Positions 1-12,984 of a DNA stretch of 64,000 nt are shown in pieces; position 1 is the first letter of the stretch; each line of letters opens with the position of its first letter. Position numbers and translations under genes: made by a program. The DNA is from Octopus sinensis (Eukaryota). Below the pieces are notes generated by a model that saw only the letters and a list, made by a program, of their open reading frames with translations, was not told where the DNA came from and searched no databases. The stretch lies in the NCBI RefSeq assembly GCF_006345805.1, contig NC_042998.1, positions 46,128,001 through 46,192,000 on the forward strand. The letters run 5' to 3'.

Positions 1-3000
1 CAATGACTGGTGTAGCAGCATAATAGTCAACTGCTACAAAGGTAAAGGCGACGCCCTAGAGACAAATAACTACAGGGGCATCAAGCTGCTGGATCAGGTA
101 ATGAAGGTTACGGAGAGGGTTGTAGCCCAACTAATTAGAGAGAGAGTTACCTTAGATGATATGCAGTTGGGTTCGTGCCAGGGAAAAGTACTACTGATGC
201 TATATTCCTGGTAAGACAGCTGCAGGAGAAATACCTAGCCAAAGATAAGCCCTTGTACCTGGCTTTTGTTGACTTGGAGAAAGCCTTTGACAGGGTCCCC
301 CGGTCCCTTATCTGTGGTCAATGAGGAAACTAGGGATAGAAGAATGGTTGGTGAGAGCTGTTCAAGCCATGTACAGAGACGCTGCTAGTAAGGTGAGGGT
401 TGGCAACGAGTACAGTGAAGAATTCCGGGTAGAGGTTGGGGTCCACCAAGGTTCAGTCCTCAGTCCCCTCCTATTTATCATAGTCCTCCGGCAATAACGG
501 AGGAATTCAGACAGGTTGCCCCTGGGAGCTCCTCTATGCTGATGACCTTGCTCTAATTGCTGAGTCACTATCAGAACTGGAGGAGAAGTTTCAGGTGTGG
601 AAACAAGGATTAGAATCGAAGGGCCTTAGAATCAACCTAGCCAAACCAAAGTTCTAATAAGTAGGAAGGTAGATCAATCACAAACGCCTTCAGGTAGATG
701 GCCCTGCTCGATCTGTAAAAAAGGTGTAGGTAGAAACTCTATAAGATGCACCAAGTGTAAGCTATGGACACATAAGAGGTGCAGCAATGTCAAAGGAAGG
801 CTAACTAGGAAAATAGTTTTTGTCTGTGGCAAATGCTCAGGAGCAATAAACACTGGAAATATGCAGAGACCAACTTCTGCCACGTTCCAGGGAGACAAAC
901 TAGAAGTAGTTGATAGCTTCCGCTACCTAGGAGACCAAGTCAGTAGCGGGGGTGGGTGTGCTGAAAGTGTAACTGCTAGAGTAAAATAGCCTGGGCAAAG
1001 TTTAGAGAGCTCTTACCCCTGCTGGTGACAAAAGGCCTCTCGCTCAGAGTAAAAGGCAGACTGTATGATGCATGTGTACGTACAGCCATGCTACATGGTA
1101 GTTGAAACATGGGCCGTGACTGCTGAGGATATGCGTAAGCTCGCAAGAAATGAAGCCAGTATGCTCCGATGGATGTGTAATGTCAGTGTTCATAATCGTC
1201 AGAGTGTAAGTTCCTTGAGAGAAAATTGAACCTAAGAAGCGTCAGTTGTGGCGTGCAAGAGAGACGGCTGCGCTGGTATGGTCATGTGACAAGAAAGGCT
1301 GAAGATAGTTGTGTGCAAAAGTGCTACACCCTAGCAGTGGAGGGAACCTGTGGAAGAGGTAGACCAGGAAAACCTGGGACGAGGTGGTGAAGCACGACCT
1401 TCGAACTTTAGGTCTCACTAAGGAAATGTCTAGAGACCGAGACCTATGGAAGTTGCTGTGCATGAGAAGACCCGGCAAGACTAGTCAGGCCATAACCCGT
1501 GGCCCCGACCGGGACGTAGTCAGTCCTGTGCATACCTTCCTTCTTGTGACACTTATGAAGACCTGTTGAGGCAAGTGAAAATCAAATCAAATCAAAACAA
1601 ATCAAAATAGATGAACATCAGTGGAATTGTATTCTTCGTGTACCAGTGCCGGTGGCATACAAGAAAACCACCCAAACGTGGCCGTAACCAGTACCGCGCA
1701 TCGACTGGCCTCCGTGCTGTGGGCACACACACACACCATCCGATCGTGGCCGTTCGCCAGCCTCATCTGGCACCTGTGCCGTGGCACATAAAGACACCAT
1801 CCGAAGACCCGGCGACGTAGTCAGTCCACCTGTGCATTCCTTCCCTCTTATGACACTTGTGAAGACCTGTTGAGGCAAGTGTGTGACACTTGTGAAGACC
1901 TGTTGAGGCAGAGGCAAGTGTGTGACACTTGTGGAGACCTTTTGAGGCAAGTGTGTGACCCTTGTGAAGACCTGTTGAGGCAAGTGAAAATCAAATCAAA
2001 CCAAATCAAAATAGATGAATATCAATGGAATTTGTATCTTGTGGTTCAGTACCGGTGGCACACAAGAAAACCATCCGAACGTGGCCGTCGACTGGCCTCC
2101 GTGCTGTGGGCACAACAAACACCATCTGATCGTGGCCGTTCGCCAGCCTCACCTGGCACCTGTGTCGGTGGCACATAAAAACACCACCACCTCCAAAGAC
2201 CCCGGCGATGTAGTCAGTCCACCTGTGCTTACCTTCCCTCTTATGACACTTGTGAAGACCTGTTGAGGCAGAGGCAAGTGGTGACACTTTGTGAAGACCT
2301 GTTGAGGCAGAGGCAAGTGTGTGACACTTGTGGAGACCTGTTGAGGCAAGTGTGTGACACGCGTGACACTTGTGAAGACCTGTTGAGGCAAGTGAAATCA
2401 AACCAAATCAAAATAGATGAACATCAATGGAATTTGTATCTTTGTGGTTCCAGTACCGGTGGCACACAAGAAAACCATCCGATCGTGGCCGTTCGCCAGC
2501 CACATCTGGCACCTGTGTCGGTGGCACATAAAGACACCATCCGAAGACCCGGCGACGTAGACAGTCCACCTATGCATACCTTCCTTCTTGTGACACTTGT
2601 GAAGACCTGTTGAGGCAAGTGAAAATCAAATCAAATCAAATCAAATCAAATCAAATCAAAACAAATCAAAATAGATGAACATAAATGGAATTGTATCTTT
2701 GTGGTACCAGTGCCGGTGGCACACAAGAAAATCATCCGAACGTGGCCGTAGCCAGTACCGCATAGACTGGCCTCCGTGCTTTGGGACGTAACAATACCAT
2801 CCGATCGTGGCCGTCCGCCAGCCTCATCTGGCACCTGTGTCGGTGGCACATAAAAACACATCCGAGCGTGGCCGTCTGCCAGCCTCGTCTGGCACCTGTG
2901 TCGGTGGCACATAAAAACACCATCCGAGCGTGGCCGTTCGCCAGCCTCGTCTGGCACCTGTGTCGGTGGCACATAAAATCACCCACTACACTCCGGAGTG

Positions 3001-3154
3001 GTTGGCGTTAGGAAGGGCATCCAGCTGTAGAAACACTGCCAGATCTGACTGGCCTGGTGCAGCCTCGGGCTCCCAGACCCCAGTTGAACCGTCCAACCCA
3101 TGCTAGCATGGAAAACGGACGCTAAATGATGATGATGATGATGAGATGATGATG
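1..3154 (+). mobile_element. RTE-clade non-LTR retrotransposon, 3' part (frameshifted RT, PHD-like finger, long modular 3' UTR, (GAT)n tail); runs off the window start
   Basis: Manual translation across frameshifts gives NNYRGIKLL, FVDLEKAFDRVP, GVHQGSVLSPLLF, LLYADDLAL, FRYLGDQV, RRLRWYGHV and GRGRPGKTW, with a stop at ~1482-1484. The 3' end is ...GCATGGAAAACGGACGCTAAAT(GAT)n. Confidence 0.93.
1503..2978 (+). repeat. Higher-order tandem repeat in the RTE 3' UTR (four ~300-390 bp units holding ~31-37 bp, (AAATC)n and ~61 bp sub-repeats)
   Basis: Units start near 1503, 1807, 2199 and 2547 (CGGCGACGTAGTCAGTCC-like). The sub-repeat GTGACACTTGTGAAGACCTGTTGAGGCAAGT occurs 1, 4, 4 and 1 times per unit. 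A ~61 bp repeat occurs three times at ~2798-2978. Confidence 0.9.
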
Positions 3155-3222
3155 TATATATATATATATGTATATATATATATGTTATTATATATGTTAT
3201 ATATATATATAATATATATATG

Positions 3223-3269
<47 letters not shown>

Positions 3270-3298
3270 GTATATATATTATTATATAATATATTATA
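3155..3298. repeat. (TA)n-rich microsatellite
   Basis: Direct reading. Confidence 0.9.
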
Positions 3299-4111
3299 CA
3301 CGTGTGTGTCCGTCCATCCCTTGACATCACTTGATAGTTGTGAACTAATGTTACCATCTTGCAAGCAGTGTTCTCTATTATTAGGAATTGTATAAAAAAA
3401 TTTTAATATTTTGTGTATAAGCAATTTATTGCACATGAACGTTTACAACAAAATTTTATATGGGTGCCCCCCCACCTCCTGCAAATGCCATATGGACCCT
3501 GGTCGAGGGTCACTGCTCTACATGGATTAGATGGATTTCTATAACTTTAAGCTTTACTGGCTCAATTTTACAAGCTTTGGTAATATTATGTAAGTCACTG
3601 TATATGTATTTATTTTACTTGTTGGATCTGGAGGAAAGAGCAGTGTTCATGGCTTTTGTCACTTCTCTTAGGCGAGCGAGATTGATGTTATTAATGATCC
3701 TATTGAATCTTTGTATGTCAGTGCCTGTGGGAAATACATGAGCAAAGATGAAATGTCAGAAGGCCAAAGCTCTAAGAAGGAAGGACTAAATGAAGTGATT
3801 AATGCAGGGCTTGGAAGGTTGGACACAACAAATTTGGTTAGAAGAGGAGAAATATGTGATTCAAGAAGACATAGCCAACCATTATAGCTGCAGTAGGAAA
3901 GGCAGAAGGAGGAAACAACATATCTGTGTGTCTTTCAATGAACTTTGACCCTTTCACTGTGAAATCAAATGTTATGATTATTCCAGTAATGATGTTCAAT
4001 ATCTACCAAAGAAATAGAATTGGTATTTTCTGCAAGTCATGTAACCTCAATAAACTTGAGATATTTCGACAAAAAATTGTTTCAAAGATGACATTCCTTA
4101 ACAAAAGGCAC

Positions 4112-4268
4112 AGACATGACTGTGGGGTCAGAAGCTTGTTTCCAGTCACATGATTCTGGGTACAATCCCACTGTTTGGTGCCTTGGGCAAACGTCTTCTA
4201 CTATAGCCTTGGGCCAACCAAAGCCTTATGAATGGGTTTGGCAGACAGAAACTGAAAGAAGCTCATTG

Positions 4269-4307
<39 letters not shown>

Positions 4308-4530
4308 TGTCTTTGTGTCAGTGTTTGTCCCCCACCACTGCTTGACAACTGGTGTTGATGTGTTTACGTCCCCATAACTTAGGAGTTCGGCAACGGGATC
4401 AATAGAATAAGTACCGGGCTTAAAAAGAAAAAAAAAAGATAAGTACTGGGTTTGTTTCATTCAATTAAAAGTTCTTCAAGATGTTGCCCCAGCGGGCTGC
4501 TGTCTAATGACTGTTACAAGTAAAAGAGAA
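4112..4530 (+). mobile_element. SINE family A (tRNA-derived head, central TA/TG microsatellite), diverged copy
   Basis: Shares CCTTGGGCAA..GTCTTCTACTATAGCC, GAAACTGAAAGAAGC, GCTTGACAAC and a TGACTG..ACAAGTAAAAGA tail with the other copies. Confidence 0.8.
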
Positions 4531-5089
4531 ATGAAGAAAAGACAGATTGGTAGATTGGTATATGAAACTACTAAACTGCTTTCCACTGTTAACGGTAATG
4601 AAATATTGAGTGGATATATCTGGGTTAAGCCAATCAGTCAGATGATTTATTTTTTTTTTTATTTGGATGTGGTTTAAGATGCCCATGTGCAGAAGCTGCT
4701 GTGCCAGCACCATTCTAGGATCTTTCTTCATTTAAGCCTGACATTGTATCAAATGAAAAAAAAAAAACTGTTTACATTATTTTAGAATGAACAATATTGG
4801 AGATTTATGTATCCAGTCATCCTTTGTAATTTGATTTCATTTTATTGGTTAAATATGTCGTGGACTTAAACATATACTGCTCAAACTCACCCACTAAGTC
4901 TTGCAAATATGATTGTTGGTTAATTACTAATTAACTAATTAATCTTCAATGAATCTTAAGAAGATTACCAGTGGTATCACTTCTATGTATGCTTGCATCC
5001 TGAGTGTGTTGAATTTAAAGACTCCACCTCTTTCTAACTGTTTGTTCAGCTACTATTACTATCACATCTGACAGAATTGTTAGCCGGCT

Positions 5090-5290
5090 TAGGCGGCGAG
5101 CTGGTAGAAACGTTAGCATGCCGGGCGAATTGCTTAGTGGTATTTCGTTTGTCTTTATGTTCTGAGGTCGAATTACCCTTTCATCCTTTTGGGGTCAATA
5201 AATTAAGTACCAGTTGTGTACTGGGGTCACTCTAATCGACTGGCCCCCCCTCCCCCAAAATTTTGGGCCTTGTGCCTAGAGTAGAAAAGA
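5090..5290 (+). mobile_element. SINE family B (AGGCGGCGAGCTGG head; CCTTTCATCCTTT.GGGGTC core resembling the Nin/Deu-type SINE domain)
   Basis: Similar to many copies in the window; a second partial copy follows to ~5470. Confidence 0.8.
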
Positions 5291-6040
5291 ATTATTAGAT
5301 GGCTGGAGAAAATGCTTAGCAGCTTTATTTCCAGCTATACATTCTGATTTCAAACTCTACCAAAGCTGACTTTGCCTTTCATCCTTTTGGGGTCAACAAA
5401 ATAAGTAGCAGTTAAGCATTGGAGGCTGATATAAATAGCTAACCCCTTTCAACAAAATTAGTAGAAAGGATTATTACTAACAGGAAGAACAGGATCAGAC
5501 AGGCTTTATACATTTTATATGCTATTCTGGCATCCAGTTGGCCAATACTTAATTGTCTGATGAATTTTATTGTTTTGGGGTGTCAGTTTTGTTTCTGCTG
5601 GTGCTAACCAGCTTGGTATGTCTATGTTTCTACTAAAAGCTTGCTGGTAAAGGTCAATCAGATACCGCTGACAAAAGTTCAGTCTTTTTGTTCTAGTCTT
5701 CAGCAATTAAGTCCCTTCCTGGTGTTTCCCTATCCTGATGTGTTTTGATTACAGTCTCAAGGATGTGTGTTTGTGTATGTATGTGTGTGTGTGTGTTTGC
5801 ATGCATGCATGTGTGTGTTCTTATGTATGCGCATGCATGCATATGTTTGTGTGTAAGAAGGCCTCACCTAGAGACCAACACTAATCATTTTCTTTGTAAT
5901 GAGCAGCTATTTTTCACTGATGTTAATTACATTACATTACATTATTAATAAAAGTATACCTTATTTATCAATTAGCATCGTATAACAAATGTGACATTTC
6001 ATACTCGACCTGATATGTCAATCAATTAGTTCTAACTGTT

Positions 6041-6042
<2 letters not shown>

Positions 6043-6114
<72 letters not shown>

Positions 6115-6150
6115 ATCTGTCTATCTATCTATCTGTCTGTCTGTCTATCT
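6043..6150. repeat. (CT)n and (CTAT/CTGT)n microsatellite
   Basis: Direct reading. Confidence 0.95.
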
Positions 6151-6321
6151 GTGTATGTGTTTGCACGTACCATTATTTGATTTTTATCAAACATTTTCTT
6201 CCTTCCTGTCTTTGTGTCCTTATACTTTTACCATTACCATTTTGCTTTCACATATCCTTTCTTTTTTCCCCTCATTAAATTCTTCTCCCCTTAACTCTTA
6301 CTCATACAGATATGTGCACGT

Positions 6322-6355
<34 letters not shown>

Positions 6356-6770
6356 TCTCTCTCTCTCTCTTTCTCTCTCTTCAAACACACATACATAAAT
6401 AAATGACAAAAATAGACAAAAATGTCTAGTATTAGTATAAGATATATCTAGCATCAAATATGCTTCTAGAGTTAATGAAACATGAGGATGGGAAAAGAAC
6501 TGATAAAGTGGAGCTTTCAAACTAAAATGTAATATTTGTTTCTTCTCAAGTCATACAGACTTCCTTTGTCGTAATTACTATCATAAATGCAATGAGCCAG
6601 TGATCAACCCATGGCTAACCTGTAACCATAGAAACAATTATCCACAAAATATGATATAAAATAAGCACAAGCATGGCCATGTGGTAAGAAGTCTGCTTCC
6701 CAGCCATATGATTTTGGGTTCAGTCCTACACTGGTTTGCAAGATTCTTTATATGAGTTCGTGTGTTGAAG

Positions 6771-6957
6771 CATATTCTGTTCTGTCTGGGGAGAGTCATT
6801 TTCTTTTTGTGCCTTATAAGACTATTGAAAAGGTTGCAAGACGCAATGAAAATTTTAGGAAAATAAAAATAAGAAATAAGTGGAAATTTTACCAGTGAGT
6901 ATGTAACATTATAAGGCACAAAAAGAAAACGACTCTCCCCAGACACAACGGAATGTG
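6771..6957. repeat. Inverted repeat, 49 bp arms with ~90 bp spacer, following a truncated SINE A head
   Basis: 6771-6819 is the reverse complement of 6909-6957 with 4 mismatches. Confidence 0.85.
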
Positions 6958-7256
6958 TCTCTTGTTTTCTCTCTTTCTCTGTTTACATGTGTGAGCATAT
7001 TTCTCTTTGTGTTTTGAGGAAATGGAATGTGTTTATGTCAGTCGTGATCAATTAATAAATTGTCGCATCTCTTTCTCTCTCTCACTTTCTGTCTCTGTGT
7101 GTATATATTTCTGTGTGTGTGCATGTTTGTCTGCAGTGCCAAAAGATACTGTCACCAGAATAAGTTCAGTGTGTCAAATCACTAGCATTAAAACAGTCAT
7201 GCCCAACTGATTCATTCTGTGACTGAGGAAAGTCTGTAAGTATAAAACAACATCAT

Positions 7257-7419
7257 AGGCATAAGAGTGGCTGTGTGGTAAGTAGCTTGCTTACGAACCA
7301 CATGGTTCCGGGTTCAGTCCCACTGCGCAGCACCTTGGGGCAAGTGTCTTCTACTATAGCCTCAGGCTGACCAAAACCTTGTGAGTGGATTTGGTAGACA
7401 GAAACTGAAAAATGCCTGT

Positions 7420-7480
<61 letters not shown>

Positions 7481-7700
7481 TTATGTGTGTGTATATGCTT
7501 GTGTGTTTGTGTTTGTCCCCCCAACATTGCTTGACAACCGATGCTGGTGTGTTTATGTTCCCATTAACTTAGTGGTTTGGCAAAAGAGTACAATAGAATA
7601 AATACTAGGCTTACAAAGAATAAGTCCTGGGGTTGATTTGCTCGACTAAAGGCAGTGCTCCAGCATGGCCACAGTCAAATGACTGAAACAAGTAAAAAAG
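7257..7700 (+). mobile_element. SINE family A, near full length
   Basis: A-box-like TGGCTGTGTGGTAAG, B-box-like GGTTCAGTCCC, central (TA)n and a TGACTGAAACAAGTAAAA tail. Confidence 0.9.
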
Positions 7701-8282
7701 TATCATATTAAAGTTTTGTCCTATTTCGAGTTCATTTCAGAGTTTGTCAGTTTGTTTTTTTTTCCAGACATATTACAGAAAATATTTTTTTGTTGTATAT
7801 ATTTTTAATTGGTTCTTTGCAGATAAAATTATTTTAGTGGAAGTTTAGTACTTTAGCTAAAGCCAACTGCTCAGCCATTAAGCAGCAGAAATACCTAGCT
7901 TTTGTCTGGATGAAGTGAAGCAAATAGATCAACATAGTAAATAAAATAAGTGACATAAACAAAAAATTGGTAACACTAGAGTGCATTTTGAATAAAGATC
8001 TATTGGCTTTTTTTATGCAAAGTATCTTTTGTAACTAAACTATGGGTGTTGTTTTCAAATTTTATTTCAGAATTTGTGTACCATTTCAAGTTTTTCAGAA
8101 ACACATTTTCAAATTTTAGCAATGTAGTATGTATGGTATGCATATATCAGATAAAGCAAAAGTTGTAGTTATAATAATTAGTAGGTATAATAATTAGTAG
8201 AGACATTTTAGTTGTTTTATTAGAAGTTCTAGCCCCTTTTCTCCTTTGTTTAGATTCTAATTCTATGACTATTTAATTATAT

Positions 8283-8666
8283 TTACTCTTTACTCTTTTA
8301 CTTGTTTCAGTCATTTGACTGTGGCCATGCTGGAGCACCGCCTTTAGTTGAGCAAACTGACTTATTCTTTGTAAGCCTAGTACTTATTCTATCGGTCTCT
8401 TTTGCCGAACCGCTACGTTATGGGGATGTAAACACACCAGCATCGGTTGTCAAGCGATGTTGGGGGGTACAAACACACATACACATATATATACATACAT
8501 ACGACGGGCTTCTTTCAGTTTCCATCTACCAAATCCACTCACAAGGCTTTAGTCGGCCCGAGGCTATAGTAGAAGACACTTGCCCAAGGTGTCATGCAGT
8601 GGTAATAAACCCAGAACCATGTGGTTCGTAAGCAAGCTACTTACCACACAACCACTCCTATGCCTA
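8283..8666 (-). mobile_element. SINE family A
   Basis: Reverse complement of the 7257-7700 type sequence. Confidence 0.88.
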
Positions 8667-10989
8667 TACACATTTATAAACATTTTTTTAAAATTGGTAT
8701 TTTTTATTATATATATATAGTCATGCTGTGACTGCTTTGTTTGCCTTGTAGCACTGAAATCACTTTCATATTTCCACAAATCATTCAATTGTGTTTATTG
8801 TAGATGTGCTATTTATATTTCATACCTTCATACGTTTCTTCTAAATGTACTGAGTAGCCAATCAGGACAGAAACAAAAATCGTTTCCTTAACTCATCAAA
8901 ATACATTTTAAACTAACTCTTGGACTATGTCTGAAAAGTCATTCATCGAATTTACATCAACATCCCATTGCATTTAACAAACCCTTAATATCATAATAGT
9001 AAACGATATCATATTCCCCACTACAGGACTACTGCAGCACATTTTTTTCTCTATATTAACACAAGATTGTTGTTGCCAGAGTGAGTGAGTTATAATGGTT
9101 TAACCTGAATCCTAATAATACAGATATGCATGCATATGTGCATACCTTGCATGCCATGAAAATGCAGAACTGCATATAATTTAGATGTTTTCACTTTTCA
9201 ATGAGCAATATGATTGTGATTTCTGCTGACAATATCAACTAATTACTTAATTACACACAACTCTATAATTTTGGGAAAATTTATCACATCTATGGAAGTT
9301 GTTGCTGTTATTATTTTTGTTACTGATTTTTGTTATTATATATACATTCTAATAAAGTTGTGCATTTTAAATGTCAAAGTTTCAATCTATTAGGAACAGC
9401 ATTCTAATTAGCTCTTAAATTTACTAATTCCTCAGCTCTGCTAATTATTCAATTGTACCTGATATACCAATTATTCTGTTGGGAAAATTTGCAGCTTACA
9501 TATGAATTAGTTTTAGATTACAATCAAGCATTTTTAGCTGTACATATAAAATGATTTTGTTTCCTTTTTTTTCCCTCTAAACTGAGTTTTGTGGCTGTTA
9601 TAATGTTACATACAGAGGAAAGAAACTAGAATTAGGAGAAGGAGTAGAGATAAATTTGAGAATTATACAGGTAAACTTGTTACCCCCTTGTAGATTGCTA
9701 AAACAAATTTTAATGATATATCAAAGTGTTAATTAATATATTTGATCAGAGATAGAAAGGAATATCTCAAGTTGTTACCTGTTATCATTTTGGTAAATAT
9801 ACTTACGAGAATTTTCAAGGCTTATTTTGAGTTTGAGTTCACAGTTCAAAATGGTTAAGTATTCTAGAAATTTATGAATGATGTAACATAAAAAGTAAGA
9901 TTCTCTATACTCAAGTTTTCAATGCAATTTTGATTTTTTAATTTTACTTCTTATCACTGCTAATTCCTTGGATAAATACATGAATGTCTAATCTTTCTTC
10001 TTGTTGCATCCTAAAAATCTCAGGTTTGATCATTAAGTTAGATATAATCCCTATAAGAATACAAATGCTTCTGTACTGTGGAGCTAATTTCTCAGTAAAC
10101 CAAGTATGCAACTTCTAGATGGAAGGGCTTCACTTCATATTAAGCATTTCCCATTTTTTCTCTCCTAGAACTGCAATTCTAGGAATTTCTCTAACTACCC
10201 GCTTTCCCTATATTAGAACCTCCATGGGTTGTATTGTCAATGTCAATTATTCATAGAGCCCTGTCCAGTAAGGTAAAAAAAGGCTACAATGACAATCACT
10301 TTTCACATTAACTAATAGTAATAAAAAAAAAAGATAAATCAATGCTTGTAAAAATGTCATGGATATTGTTTCTTAATTGTTATTTATGGTACAGCTGGTA
10401 CAGCTGGTGGAAAGCTCTATCAGATATTTTACATGAACTAATTTATTCCTTCACTAGTTCAAATTTCACTCTAAATTGATTTAGTTTTGACCACTCCTAT
10501 GCTATTAAAAAAGGTTCTGAGGTCAATTTAATAATATGATTTATTTCTTTACAAAATTTAACGTTAATAATAAGAGAAAAATATATTGTAATGGCAAAGC
10601 ATAAGTGTTACTTGCAAACAAGTATGATTTGGTAGCAAGTATTACACTTTTGATGTTTTAGGTGTTTATGTAGTCACAAGCTGATATAAATATCCAACTT
10701 TCTAGGTGCAATCCCATGGTCATTCATGACCGAAGGGGGTCTTTACCCTTACCTTGATCCAATAGAATGTTGAGGATTTGACAATCAGAAGGTGGGAGAG
10801 CCTGCACTCACAGTTGGCTGTCGTTCAATTTCAACTGAGTAAATTGGAGCAACTTGAAATGAAGGACTTTGCTCAAAGACACATTATGTGGTCCAGGAAT
10901 TAAACCCCAAACATTTTAATCATATCGTCGACATCTGAACCATTAGGCCATATGGCTCCTCTATAGTATTATGGTAATTGTAATAATGA

Positions 10990-11200
10990 TTTCAAATTTT
11001 GGCACAAGGCCAACAAGTTTGGGGAGGGGATTAGTTGATTACATTGACCCTCATATTCAACTGGTACTTACTTTATCAACCCTGAAAGGATGAAAGGCAA
11101 AGCGATCTTGGCAGAATTTGAACTCAGAATGTAAATGCGGATGAAATGCCGCTCACCATTTTGCCTGACACGGTAACGATTTGGCCAGTTTGCCACCTAT
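10990..11200 (-). mobile_element. SINE family B
   Basis: TTTCAAATTTTGGCACAAGGCC...GAAAGGATGAAAGGCAAA...GAATTTGAACTCAGAA. Confidence 0.8.
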
Positions 11201-11242
11201 AGTAAAAGTAATAACTTTTTCTACTTCATGCACAAAAACAGA

Positions 11243-11432
11243 AATGTGGTGTGCATTGGTATGGTCGTGTGATGCATATGAATGTGGACTGCTGTGTGAA
11301 GAAGTTCCGATCTCTACCAGTGAAAGGAAGCTGTGGAAGAGGGAGACCCGGGAAGACATGGGACAACAATGTGGTGAAGCATGATCTTCAAATGTTGGGC
11401 CTCATGGAGGCAATGACCAGTGACCGAGATCA
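11243..11432 (+). mobile_element. RTE LINE fragment (C-terminal ORF region)
   Basis: ORF 11251-11436 reads HWYGRVMHM...GSCGRGRPGKTW...VKHDL, homologous to 1270-1450. Confidence 0.85.
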
Positions 11433-11998
11433 CTAGTGGGGACTAGTTGGTTGCATTAATCCAATGATTCTGCCAGCTCGTCAGCTTAGTAATAATAATA
11501 ATAGTAATGATTTCTGTGTCCATCCACAAATACTTAGAGAAATCCTGTAGTTAATTAATTTGAACTGAGTTTATTGCAACTAATACTAATTTTAATGTCC
11601 CAGTTGAAAGAAAAGTGAATTTGATACTAGTAGAATTTGAAATGAGAACAAGGAAGGATAATACTAAAAGCTCTTAAATATTTGCAATTAGTATAGTGTT
11701 TAATTCTTTCTACCACTCCACTGCTCATTTAATAACAACAACAACAACAACACCATAATCATCATTGAATATTCACTTTTCCGTGCTGGCATGGGTCAAA
11801 TGGAATTTGTTGAGGCAGGTTTTCTACAGTCAGATGACTTTCCTGTTGTCAGCCCCACCTGTTTGCAAGGTGGATAATAGTTCCACATAAGCAGACATTG
11901 ATTTTCATCAAAGACTAGAAATGAACAACCTCACTTGTGTGATGGTGATGCTTGTTTACAACAATGATGTCAAAACAAAGGTACACAGAAACACATAT

Positions 11999-11999
<1 letters not shown>

Positions 12000-12082
<83 letters not shown>
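12000..12082. repeat. (AC)n microsatellite inside a degenerate SINE
   Basis: Direct reading. Confidence 0.95.
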
Positions 12083-12085
<3 letters not shown>

Positions 12086-12235
12086 ATGGTTTTTTTTTTC
12101 AAATCCATCCTCAAGGCTTTGGTTAGCCCAGGGTTGTAGTAGAAGTTATTTCCCCAAGCTGCTATGCAATGGGACTGAACCCAAGAGTTCATGTTTAGGA
12201 AGTAAACTTCTCAACCACAGCTATGCCTCACCTAC

Positions 12236-12271
<36 letters not shown>

Positions 12272-12689
12272 TTCTAACATACTCACAAAGCTGCACATTT
12301 TTGTTGGAAGGAAAATAGTTGATTAAATTGACCCCGGTACTAAGTTGACCTTGGTAGGATTTGGACTCAGAATGTTAAGAGCAAAGACTCATACTGTAAG
12401 AGAATACCAGCAACAGTTACTAGAGATTACTGAATGATGTTAAGTGAGAGAACACCATGAGAGATCTAAAGAGAAAACACAGAAAGAACACTGATAGACA
12501 TTTAACATCAAAGTAAGCTATGTGAATGTTCTGAAAGATATCCATTAACTTTGTTTAAATAACAATGAATCAAACTGAAGAAATGATGAAAATGTTGAAA
12601 AATAACTGTATAAGATGTACAGTAATTTATTTGTAAATTGTTTGTCTGTAACTCATATAATTAATGTATTCTAAATGAAACATAAAATG

Positions 12690-12980
12690 GTATAAATGGA
12701 CACAAGAAGAATACGAATGTGTTCTACAAGTATATATTCGATACAATCAATTCCCTAAAATGAAGCTCCTACAATAATCTCTTAATGAAATTTGGAAAGA
12801 AAATAATCCTGATTTAAACATAATGTTGGGTCCTAACAAAACAGCTGACTAAAGAAGATAAATTCTCAAAGCCAAAACATACAAGAACTCAAAGTAGGAC
12901 ATTTAAAAGAAAGAATACATAGCAGTAACAGATATGGATAAATGATCCAGAAATAAAGATCTGGAACTAGAGATAACAAA
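12690..12980 (+). mobile_element. Degenerate N-terminal fragment of an R4/Dong-type LINE ORF
   Basis: Translates KWTQEEYECVLQVY...IWKENNPD...ILKAK, resembling the N-terminal region of R4/Dong ORFs; highly decayed. Confidence 0.45.
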
Positions 12981-12984
12981 ACGT

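Noticed and set aside
1850-2395. CRISPR-like array of ~31-37 bp repeats
   Set aside because: Repeats abut with no unique spacers, lie in a LINE 3' UTR, and there are no cas genes; the context is eukaryotic.
1602-3011. Cys/His-rich repetitive ORFs (e.g. RQVCDTCEDLL)
   Set aside because: Translations of the tandem UTR repeats in several frames on both strands; no coding signal.
7257-7330. SINE heads as real tRNA genes
   Set aside because: A and B boxes are present but there is no complete cloverleaf, and they continue into SINE bodies.
9616-9670. Possible small upstream exon (AG...CAG|GTAAAC, GKKLELGEGVEINLRIIQ)
   Set aside because: Weak acceptor and no resemblance to SAPCD2; cannot be supported without RNA data.
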